Below, one piece after another: positions 28,712-39,414 of a DNA stretch of 64,000 bases (within the stretch, counting starts at the first letter, position 1; every line of letters starts with the position of its first letter). The translations under genes were made by a program, and so were the position numbers. The stretch is from NCBI GenBank assembly GCA_973895155.1, contig OZ316891.1, positions 27,193,561 to 27,257,560 on the forward strand, given 5' to 3'. Below the pieces are notes generated by a model, which was not told where the DNA came from, did no database searches, and was given only the letters and a program-made list of their open reading frames with translations. Origin of the DNA: Marsupella aquatica (taxonomy: Eukaryota > Plantae > Marchantiophyta).

Positions 28712-31651
28712 CTACTTTGACTTTGTTGACTGCAGCTTCTTACTCTTCTTATTGGAGGAATTCCCGGAGCGTTTCTGTAAGATGCAAATTGTTCACGCTT
28801 GGGTCAGTTACTGGACCAATGGAAGGGAACACGAGCAAAGTTGCATACTGTTGACAAGAGCATGAATGAAGTCTGCGCATGAGTCACCTTGTAGGCAGAA
28901 TAAGTGCGCTGGCCATTCCCAACGATGTACACCTGCACGCATGAATCCCAGTACGATCTTTCAATACTAGGGGGAGAAGATGAATTCACATAAAATGAAC
29001 GCGAAGTGGAGTGCTGAGAGACTATCTTGAACTAACACTCAGCCAAGGAAATAAGAAGTTTTAAGCATCTGCTGCACATAGAAAGAGATATCGTAGCAAA
29101 GAGAGGGACGCCCCTAATCGTGACTGTAAATTTTTAGTCTCAAAAGAAATTAAAGCACAAAGACCGTCATTTAGAGTAGAGTAAACGCGTTGGATCGCTG
29201 TTCAGTAAGGGAATCGGACCAATTGACAATTAGGTTCGTGAACAAAAAGACTGACCCGTGATCCATGGACGGTTCTCCATTTTCCTTCCCCTGATCCTCC
29301 CGGCCCTCGTTTCCCAGGTCGCGAATTCCTTCCACCTGAAGAAGAGGCCCTCCCAGGATTTGATTTCTTTGGTTGATTCTTAGGTTTAACCGTTTTCTTC
29401 CCGAGGTTTCGTCTCTGAGCGGGAATCGAGGGCGGGGATGCAGAAAAGGCTCCATTTATACTCCTTACTGGTGACCATCTAGTGCCTGTTCCCATACTAG
29501 TGTTTCCTGACTGAAGTTGAGTACTACCCCTCGCGTCGGCAAATTGCCTCCTGCAGGCAGATACATAATCAGAACGACAGGAAACGATCAATACTCATCA
29601 GCAGAATGTAGGTTAAGTGTCCAGAGCGCACGAAAGTCCAAACTAGCGCTCTAGATTCACAGACGGCAAACCTGACCATACTCTGGATTCAACCAACATT
29701 TTGAATTTGTATGGTTCTCTAGCTCTTATTTCTTTCGGAGAACTAATGACTACTCAGAGAGTGCGTCGATCCCACACATTTTCAAAGCCCCACAGATTCC
29801 ATAAACAAAGCGGAAAAGTTGAGATCTCTGCAAGGAATGAACCACCTCCTTAACGAGAAAGAGTTAGGTGAAACGAGAGTTAATGGGGTACCTATAATCT
29901 ATGTACACTGGCTCGTTATCTAGATCGCCGTCCACCAAAAGAGCATCGACAGGCTTAAAATGAGGAAACCTCTGGCGAAGAAATGCCTGAATTCGATCTT
30001 CCTCTGCTTCGTTGCCTTCAGCATTACGGAGGGCCTGAGAAGGTCGGGCCTGAGAAGGTCCTACGATGTCTCTCCTGGCAGGAGTCTCCGTATAAAAGCT
30101 TTTTAAGTTAGTGTCTCTAAACAGATCCCGCTTAGATGTTTTGAACAGATTTGGAATGGAGTTGGCCTTTTGACTTGCAGATGTGGAATTGTGAAGGTGT
30201 TGAGGGGTCTGAGCAGGCTTGATAAGATCAGGTTTTGTCCGTCTCCAACCTGACCCGGATATGAAATCATCGAACAATAATGGATCCTCTTCGCTGTTAG
30301 GCATCACGCACGTTGTGGGTTCGGTGCGTTGGGACGATCTCAAGGGAGCCTTTGATGGAAAATCAGCTCGTGGTATGTGTAACACGGGCCTTTCAAAGGT
30401 TTCGGGGGAGGAAGAGAGTAAAATCGGGCTTGATCCAGAAATCTGAGGTCGTAGTGATCTACGACGAGCTCTTTGGGTTCGGGATCCTGTCAAAATCAAT
30501 GTTCAAGAAAATGATTAACAATCCCTCGAAGTATCAAGCCCGGAATATATAAAAGAGAGCACAAACGAGTTAAGGTGAAATAAGCCCCATTCGTACGACA
30601 CATACAGTAACACATTGATTAACTTGCTGAGTGATGTCAAGCTATCTAGAGAAGAGTCAGTAGTCTTACCAGAACCAAATATCCCATCGTCTGAAAATTC
30701 TTCAATATCATCCTCATCCTCGTCCACATCTCCTCTAGAAGATGGCTGAATATTCACGAAAGGATTAATTCTATCAATTTGAGTCGAGGAAAGAGACTCG
30801 CTGTTGAAATGGATAGCCCCTTCAGTGCTACAACTCTCTCTTTGAAACCCAAAGTTGGAAACCTCCGTGCTCCCGAAATCACGAGAACATTGGGCAATCT
30901 CTCCGCTACCTAGCTGTGATTCCGGCTCCAGACGTTTCTGCCCACTTCTGTGATCAAATGTAGATGATAGAACGCGGTCACCGCTATTGATCTGAGCATA
31001 CTTTTGCCTCGAATTAATGAATTCTATGCCTGCACCTTTCGAACCCTCCGGCACTTTTTTGAAGTCCTTGACGAAAGGAAGAGGCTCCTTATACAGTTGA
31101 CTGCTAAATATACTCAAATCTTTACTTTTCTTGTGGGCAGATACATCCGTCTTTCGAACTAAATCGCAGTTACCATTATGAAGCTGAGTGCAAAATTCAC
31201 TCGGATCTTTGCTTAGCCTACGGGCAGAAATATCCGCTCCCCTAAATAGATCGCGTGCACCAATTAGGGGGTCTTTTTCCGCTGACGATGGTCCACGTTT
31301 CAAGCGTTTGAAATTTCTTCGCCGCTGACTTGCCGATATTTGGAAATCTTCTATACTGTCTTCAGAATCGCTCACGACAACGTCTTCTACTGATTTACGA
31401 CTCTTACTATTCTCCTCGCCGCCTCCTGAAATTTTTTCCAGGAATTCATCATTTGGTGGACTCGATCTAAGAAAATTTCTTTCCTCCCCGCCGCGTCCTG
31501 AACTGTTTCCCTGGAATTCATCATATGACGGAATCGATCTAAACGCCTCCGTGTCGATGCCGAGCGAAAACGAAGGAGCCTCGAAATTTAATCGAGCAGC
31601 ACGAAGACGACGGATGCCGCTTGGAGTCTCACTAAAAGACCCCGACGCCAT
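28712..31651 (-). CDS. Uncharacterised plant protein with FEAPSFSLG / FKRLKRG / DDIEEFS / IDY motifs, 5 exons
   Basis: Exons 31651-30670, 30486-29892, 29550-29256, ~28932-28888 (VYIVGNGQRTYSAYK) and ~28774-28712 (KRSGNSSNKKSKKLQSTKSK*) splice in frame with GT-AG sites. Confidence 0.7.
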
Positions 31652-33819
31652 CACCTCCCCATCAATATCGAGAACCACGCTCACCTGAAGTTGAAACAAG
31701 TATCAAAAAATGAGTTCTCATAAAGTACGCTTAAAAGACCCTCAGGTACAGGATGTTGAACCTAATATCTCCAGTCCTCCCACTCAAGCCATGTGAAACT
31801 TTTGGGCATGGAATCTTAGATTGTACGCTCCGTGAGAGAACGAAACGACCGAATGAACGATCAAACTCTTCGGACGACACAACAGCAGAGAGACACAGAA
31901 TTCTCTCCGCGATCCAGAGCTCTACACTACGTCCACTGTGCAATAAGGAAACAAATCCAAAAACCAATGTACGACCAAACATTCCTTATTTCAGCCGGCC
32001 AAAGCATTACCTCGTTCGACCCACAAATCCTCCCAGAGTCCCGACCGCACTTTCTTCTTTCCTCCAAAACTCCTTCGCCAGCTCCTCATACTGTGAAAGA
32101 AGTCGGTGCTCCGTCATCATTATCCTCCTATGCTCTATCTTTTCAGGGCAATCAACCACTCACTACACCACAAAGAGACTCGAGCACCTCAATCAAAGGG
32201 CTGTAGCAATGGCGATCGACGGGGCCTACACTAGCTTCATCTTTCGCACATCTCTCAGTGTCTTCTTGTACGACCGATCGACTGGTCACATCAAACTGAA
32301 GGGAACTGTAGTATGGTAAATCAATCGAAGTCGGACGAGACTCACAACAGAGCTCTCTCGAGTTCCATCGACGATAACATGCTGCACATTCAAAGGGAGT
32401 ATTCATTGATACATCGGTGTTTATCAGACGTTCGCCCGCGCAGCAGTTTGAACTACAAACATGCCGGGGCTGTTTTGGTGCACCGTATCTTGCCTCCAAC
32501 ACGACTACTGTGGTCGGGTTCCATCTCACGCGTCTTTCTTTTCAAATTCCCAAAAAACAAAATAGAATATACACATTTTTTATATACAAAGGGACCAATC
32601 AAAGTACAAATGAACAAACAAAAGAGTACCCAAGCGGACAAAACCAATCCAAAAAGAAGTGAACAAAAGGGAAACACTAAACACCAAGAAAAAGAAACTA
32701 AAAGTAAGAAATGAACAATAGGGAACCCCTAAAAACCAAGAAAGAGAGACTAAAACTAACCCAAGCGGACCGAGTTCCTGATCATCCCTAGCAAATGTGG
32801 CAAAAAGCTACTGGTCCACATCAAGGGTCAAAGCTAGATCGGCAAGTGGGATTGGAACATCCTCTAGGGGAGCTAGCCGCTGCGGAGGCACACTAGCACC
32901 CACTATAAGAGATCGACGATAGATGGCCCGAGCTTGAGCACGCTGCAAGGTGACTGAAATGCGTTGGCAAAAGTGCGTGGTGAAAATAGAAAGCGGGGTC
33001 CGGTGGGACCCATGCGGCCATGAACATCCCGGGCAGCTTGCCGAAGAAGCCCATCAAACTGAGGATGAAGACGCCCAAATAGCTCCAGAGCAAGGGGGAG
33101 GAAGCTGTTGGATGAAGCTCATGCAACATATTTGGCATCCTTCGTTGTTGCCGCACGTGACGTTGCTGCCCCTGCCGTAGTTGTCGCTGTCCCAATGATG
33201 TCTTGGCGCAATGGTTTGCCACCACTACATCTGCCAATGTACGTTGACCCTCACAGACCATGGTAAGATCCACCCGTAATGCTGTGATGGAGGACCAGGT
33301 AACTCGAGTACCACCTCCCGCCGCACGCATACCAAAGAGCCAGAGAGAACCTGAGCAGTCGCATCTCGCACAGCGTCGTGAACAATAATGGTTTCACCTC
33401 CCAAACTGCACCGAAGAAGATGGACACCTGTGGCATCACAAGGCTTCCCACAAGTGCAAAAAGGGGGTAAACCTGCAAGAAGTGGGTGGGGCAGCCCCAT
33501 ACGAAGACGCATGGCTGTGGAGAACTCTGTTGAAGACGAACGGGATCCAAGGATAAAAACTCCTGAAAAGAAGGTAACGCGACGCGAACGGGATCTGGTA
33601 ATGAGGACCGCGCTACGCGCAAATGAACCTGAAACAGGAGGGAACCCTCCCTTACCTCCATGAGAGATGAAAGTAAAAAAGGGCGATCATCAATAAGAAA
33701 ACGATCGGCCAACAATGAGAAGGCGGCCGCCCACGCACCCAAAAAGGCCAAAGGTGCAAGGCTCTCAATGGAAGTAAACCCAAAACCACCCTGCAAAATA
33801 GCAAGACTGAGTTGTTTGG

Positions 33820-36637
33820 CACTGTTTTTTGTTTGGCACTGTTTGGAGAACACGCAATGTTTGAGAGAGAGACAAGGGGACAGTTTTGAGATTTCGTGAC
33901 TCAATTTGGGTTGTAACTTTCTCCGGGAGTTTTGGATTTGGGAGTTCTTGATGGCTTTGGAAAGCTCTTGGCGAGGCGGTGAAGATCGATACGACTTGCA
34001 CCCCAAACGGTCACCGTATGAGCGAATTACATCAGATTTAAGTTTCGCTGTTTTTTCACTTTTTCTGCACGTTTGGCAATTTCGACGATTTTGCGACTCA
34101 ATTTGGGTCGTAACTTTCTCCGGGAGTTTCGGATTTGGGAGTTTTTGACGGCTCTGGAAAGATCTTGGCGAGGCGGTGAAGATCGATACGACTTGCGACC
34201 CAAACGGTTACCGTATGAGCAAGTTACATCACTTTTCACGTGCAGAAAAAGTGAAAAAACGGCGAAACCTAAATCCGATGTAACTCGGTCATAGGGTGAC
34301 CGTTGGGGGCGCAAGTCGTATCGATCTTCACCGCCTCGCCAAGATCTTTCCAACGTCAAAAACTCCCAAATCCGAAACTCTCGGAGAAAGTTACAACCCA
34401 AATTGAGTCGCGACATCGTCGAAATCGCCAAACGTGCAGAAAAAGTGAAAAAATAGCGAAACCTAAATCCGATGTAACTCGGTCATAGGGTGACCGTTGG
34501 GGGCGCAAGTCGTATCGATCTTCACCGCCTCGCCAATATCTTTCCAAAGCCGTCAAGAACTCTCAGATCCGAAACTCCTAGAGAAAGTTACGACCCAAAT
34601 TGAGTCACAAAATCGCCCAAATCGCCAAACACGCAGAAAAAGTGAAAAAAACGACGAAACTTAAATCCGATGTAACTTGCTCATACGGTAACCGTTTGGG
34701 GCGCAAGTCGTATCGATCTTCACCGCCTCGCCAAGATCTTTCCAACGTCAAAAACTCCCAAATCCGAAACTCTCGGAGAAAGTTACAACCCAAATTGAGT
34801 CGCGACATCGTCGAAATCGCCAAACGTGCAGAAAAAGTGAAAAAATAGCGAAACCTAAATCCGATGTAACTCGGTCATAGGGTGACCGTTGGGGGCGCAA
34901 GTCGTATCGATCTTCACCGCCTCGCCAATATCTTTCCAAAGCCGTCAAGAACTCTCAGATCCGAAACTCCTAGAGAAAGTTACGACCCAAATTGAGTCAC
35001 AAAATTGCCCAAATCGCCAAACACGCAGAAAAAGTGAAAAAAACGACGAAACTTAAATCCGATGTAACTTGCTCATACGGTAACCGTTTGGGGCGCAAGT
35101 CGTATCGATCTTCACCGCCTCGCCAAGATCTTTCCAACGTCAAAAACTCCCAAATCCGAAACTCTCGGAGAAAGTTACAACCCAAATTGAGTCGCGACAT
35201 CGTCGAAATCGCCAAACGTGCAGAAAAAGTGAAAAAATAGCGAAACCTAAATCCGATGTAACTCGGTCATAGGGTGACCGTTGGGGGCGCAAGTCGTATC
35301 GATCTTCACCGCCTCGCCAATATCTTTCCAAAGCCGTCAAGAACTCTCAGATCCGAAACTCCTAGAGAAAGTTACGACCCAAATTGAGTCACAAAATCGC
35401 CCAAATCGCCAAACACGCAGAAAAAGTGAAAAAAACGACGAAACTTAAATCCGATGTAACTTGCTCATACGGTAACCGTTTGGGGCGCAAGTCGTATCGA
35501 TCTTCACCGCCTCGCCAAGATCTTTCCAACGTCAAAAACTCCCAAATCCGAAACTCTCGGAGAAAGTTACAACCCAAATTGAGTCGCGACATCGTCGAAA
35601 TCGCCAAACGTGCAGAAAAAGTGAAAAAATAGCGAAACCTAAATCCGATGTAACTCGGTCATAGGGTGACCGTTGGGGGCGCAAGTCGTATCGATCTTCA
35701 CCGCCTCGCCAATATCTTTCCAAAGCCGTCAAGAACTCTCAGATCCGAAACTCCTAGAGAAAGTTACGACCCAAATTGAGTCACAAAATCGCCCAAATCG
35801 CCAAACACGCAGAAAAAGTGAAAAAAACGACGAAACTTAAATCCGATGTAACTTGCTCATACGGTAACCGTTTGGGGCGCAAGTCGTATCGATCTTCACC
35901 GCCTCGCCAAGATCTTTCCAACGTCAAAAACTCCCAAATCCGAAACTCTCGGAGAAAGTTACAACCCAAATTGAGTCGCGACATCGTCGAAATCGCCAAA
36001 CGTGCAGAAAAAGTGAAAAAATAGCGAAACCTAAATCCGATGTAACTCGGTCATAGGGTGACCGTTGGGGGCGCAAGTCGTATCGATCTTCACCGCCTCG
36101 CCAATATCTTTCCAAAGCCGTCAAGAACTCTCAGATCCGAAACTCCTAGAGAAAGTTACGACCCAAATTGAGTCACAAAATCGCCCAAATCGCCAAACAC
36201 GCAGAAAAAGTGAAAAAAACGACGAAACTTAAATCCGATGTAACTTGCTCATACGGTAACCGTTTGGGGCGCAAGTCGTATCGATCTTCACCGCCTCGCC
36301 AAGATCTTTCCAACGTCAAAAACTCCCAAATCCGAAACTCTCGGAGAAAGTTACAACCCAAATTGAGTCGCGACATCGTCGAAATCGCCAAACGTGCAGA
36401 AAAAGTGAAAAAATAGCAAAACTTAAATCTGATGTAATTCGCTCATACGGTGACCGTTTGGGGCGCAAGTCGTATCGATCTTCACCGCCTCGCCAAGAGC
36501 TTTCCAAAGCCGTCAAGAACTCCCAAATCCGAAACTCCCAGAGAAAGTTACGACCCAAATTGAGTCGCAAAATCTCAAAATTGTCCCCTTGTCTCTCTCT
36601 CAAACAGTGTCTGTTCTCCAAACAGTGCCAAACAAAA
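33820..36637. mobile_element. Non-autonomous fold-back element, probably CACTA/CACTG superfamily, filled with a 196-bp satellite
   Basis: Left end CACTGTTTTTTGTTTGGCACTG. A ~70-bp unique cap is inverted at both ends. About 2 repeat units run in one orientation (to ~34230) and about 12 in the other. Confidence 0.7.
34235..36570 (+). repeat. Tandem satellite, ~196-bp monomer in a 392-bp higher-order dimer
   Basis: Identical ORF translations recur at 34600, 34992, 35384, 35776 and 36168 (period 392), with alternating monomer variants. Confidence 0.97.
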
Positions 36638-38621
36638 GGCGACACATGATCCTAAGACAAAAAAACCCAATTAAGGGGGGACAACCAAAGCGCCAAAAAT
36701 CCAGAAGGACCAGAGAGAAGCCGCCCAACAGAAGAAGCCCAACACAAGAATCACCAGGGACAGAAAAATATAAGGACTGTGTTGCATGTGCAAAAGTACT
36801 TTAAAAAGTTGCCCTTGACTGGCCCACAACAGACAGGAAAGAAAGTATGACCAAATCAAAGCACAATACTCCAATGCAATCCATGCTCACACTCAGTACT
36901 GTTTCCTCCTTTGTAGTTTCAGCCCCTTTGTCATTATCAGTGTATTTTTTTTGTTTATGAATTTGAAAGGTGGGGACTATAAAGGGCCGGAAACTTTAGG
37001 GCCGTTGCCCTTGAAAAAACTGAATTGCTGCCATATGGACTGACACACAAGGAGGGTGAGGCAGGAAAGGCTCAAAGAGTAAGCATGTGCCACCTGATCT
37101 GTTAAAGGGTCGATAATTTGGGGACCCTCACATGCAAGATGGCCCTAAAACCCTACCTATTCTCAAACTTACAAGCCTGGTAGAGCTCGGGTGTGAACTT
37201 CATAGGAGGGTCAAGCAAGGGCATCCTACATGACTTACAGATGAACTAAATCTAAAACAATTTGAATAGGTGACCAATCTTGAGACCCTGATGAGGAACA
37301 CACAAAGAATCTTGGCCAAAGGATACAGAATTCTCTAAAATCTAGCCTGCCACACTTGCCCAAAATGAAAATTTGAGAATTTTAGATTAAAAAACAAATT
37401 GAAAAATATGTTGAAAATTTTTATGTTTACCAAAAAACATAATTTGATATTTTCTGTGCCAAGGGAAGACTGGGATTAAATTGCAATATTTTTTATGCAA
37501 TGATGTCTTTCAAGCAATGAAACGCTAAATGCAACACCTCACTTGTTGAATGGTCTCAGTCTTTAACATAACAATTTGTTTTAATACATACTAATATCTT
37601 TTGCATAGCGACATCTTTTGAAGGCTTTGGTAGTAGGCTTACTGTAATTACTTTCTATGGTTTCAATGGAACTTAACACTGGCAATGGCATAAGAAACTC
37701 TTGCTCTGGTCTTTCCAAAGAACCTGCAGAGTATTTTGATAAAGCTGGCAACTTGTGAAGGTAATTTGATAGTGTAGCTAATAAAATGCAATCGAAAGCT
37801 ACTCCTTGGGCTTATTGTCTAGAGTGAAGTCTCTAGACACTGACCCTAACCTAGGTCATACCTGAATATCTCACTTATAAAGTGCAAACAAAATTTAGAT
37901 TGGGGTCTAGACTTCTAGAGAGTAACTTTAGATAAAGACAAACTAATGTTATGAATACATCGCAAACATAAGCTACTTTTGAAGGTGAGGGTCTCATGTA
38001 AAACCTCTATACCATAACTCCAAATATGGACAAAATTGAACTAAAAAATAAGGACAAAGTAAGGGTGAACAAAAAAATGAGATGGGGCAAATATAAACAA
38101 GATATAGCATATAATTCTTTCTTTTGCTAGTTCTTTTTTTTGTCTTCATTGCTATTTACAATCAAGGAAGGGATAATCAGGCTAGTAAGGGCAATACAGA
38201 AAGTGAATACCAAAAACATGGAGGGGCAAAAATGAAGGCAAACAACATAGATTCTTTTGCAGGACTTTTTTTTGGTCTTATCTCTATTAATATTCAAAGC
38301 ATGGGCATTAAGGTTCCTAAGGATGCAAGTGAAGACCACAATGCCAATATTTGAACACAAGGCGCCTCTCGGAGTACAAAAAATGAAAACATATTGTAAA
38401 ATTTGAATACAATTTCCAGTGGCATTATTTGAATAAAGCTCCCCATGTCAATTCGAATACAATAAGGCCATGGCGTTCACGTGAAGACAGTAGTGTTTCC
38501 CGAGATTCGTCACTCCCCTTTTCTCTTCCTCCCCCTCTGTTTCTTCCGCCATTCAGTGGGATGCATGAGCATGTATTCTTGTTAAACTACTCCCTGTCGG
38601 TAGTCTGTACACGACAATACG

Positions 38622-38780
38622 TATAGGGTAACGACGATCCGGTCGACCGTTACTGGGGTGTAACGGGACGACCGGGTTCTGACACAGGCGTGACCGGCGG
38701 GAGCCGAGAGCGCCTGGGGAGGAAACCGGGAGCCCCGGTACACCCCAGTAATGGACGGCCTGGATCGTCGTTAGCGTACG
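38622..38780. mobile_element. ~150-bp hairpin mini-element (putative non-autonomous partner of the tyrosine recombinase element)
   Basis: Imperfect ~34-bp inverted repeat TAACGACGATCC..GG..TTACTGGGGTGTA (38629-38662 vs 38739-38773). TACGTA occurs at both sides. Confidence 0.65.
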
Positions 38781-39414
38781 TAATCGCGATCTAGGTTTCA
38801 GGTTCACCGGCTCCTGCAAGTTGAAACACTCTGGGTCATTGGATCAAGTAGACGCTGCATCGGGACCGTCAATTCAATTGCAGTGAAGGGGGGAGGGGGT
38901 ATTTTGCGGATAGGGCGGGCTGCACTGTTTTGTCCCGATGTTGAACAAGATTGAACGAGACGGAGTTGGGAGGCTGCAGCAAAGCGCCGCGCGATCCGGC
39001 AGGGAGAGGCGAAGCTCGGAGACTGCAGGCTGCAGCGAAGCGCTGCGCGATCTGGCGGGGCAAGGTGATGCAGTGGCGATGGTGGTGGTGAAAGCTTGGA
39101 GATGGTGGCAGGATGGAGTGCAGCTCGTTTGAGCTGGTTTGAAACCAATGCGACTGTGTTGCGACCAGGGGGAGCTTTCCATTTTCAATTTTGATTTCTT
39201 TTGAATATCTTCAGGCGCCATGCATTGTTTGCAGATCATGGATAGCGGGGTGGAAGCAAGTGCAGCATTGAAGTGGAGTGTGGTTATATCATTTGATTGC
39301 TTGTTGTTGAGTTGTAGTACTTATGCATTGCTTTCAATGTTGAGTAGTCAAATGGCTGTAGCGGCTGAGCAACTCATCTCGTTTGGAGTGATCTGTGAAG
39401 TAGCTCGTATCAAG

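Larger units (their letters stand above)
32580..36830 (-). mobile_element. 5'-truncated, frameshifted CRE-like non-LTR retrotransposon (RLE type), split by an insertion at ~33820-36637
   Basis: QLSLAILQGGFG..LAPLAFLG; zinc-knuckle CTCGKPCDATGVHLLRC..G..HDAVRD; restriction-like endonuclease RVDL...LADVVV and FLPLALELFGRL. The frame LGSCVA|KQLSL rejoins across the insertion. Outer boundaries approximate. Confidence 0.75.

Noticed and set aside
31753-32319. 188-aa plus-strand ORF
   Set aside because: Lies antisense over the probable 5' UTR/promoter of the upstream minus-strand gene; no motifs.
34027-36649. Many repeated 66-134-aa ORFs, and a possible CRISPR-like array
   Set aside because: They are translations of a satellite. 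There are no unique spacers and no cas genes, and the context is eukaryotic.
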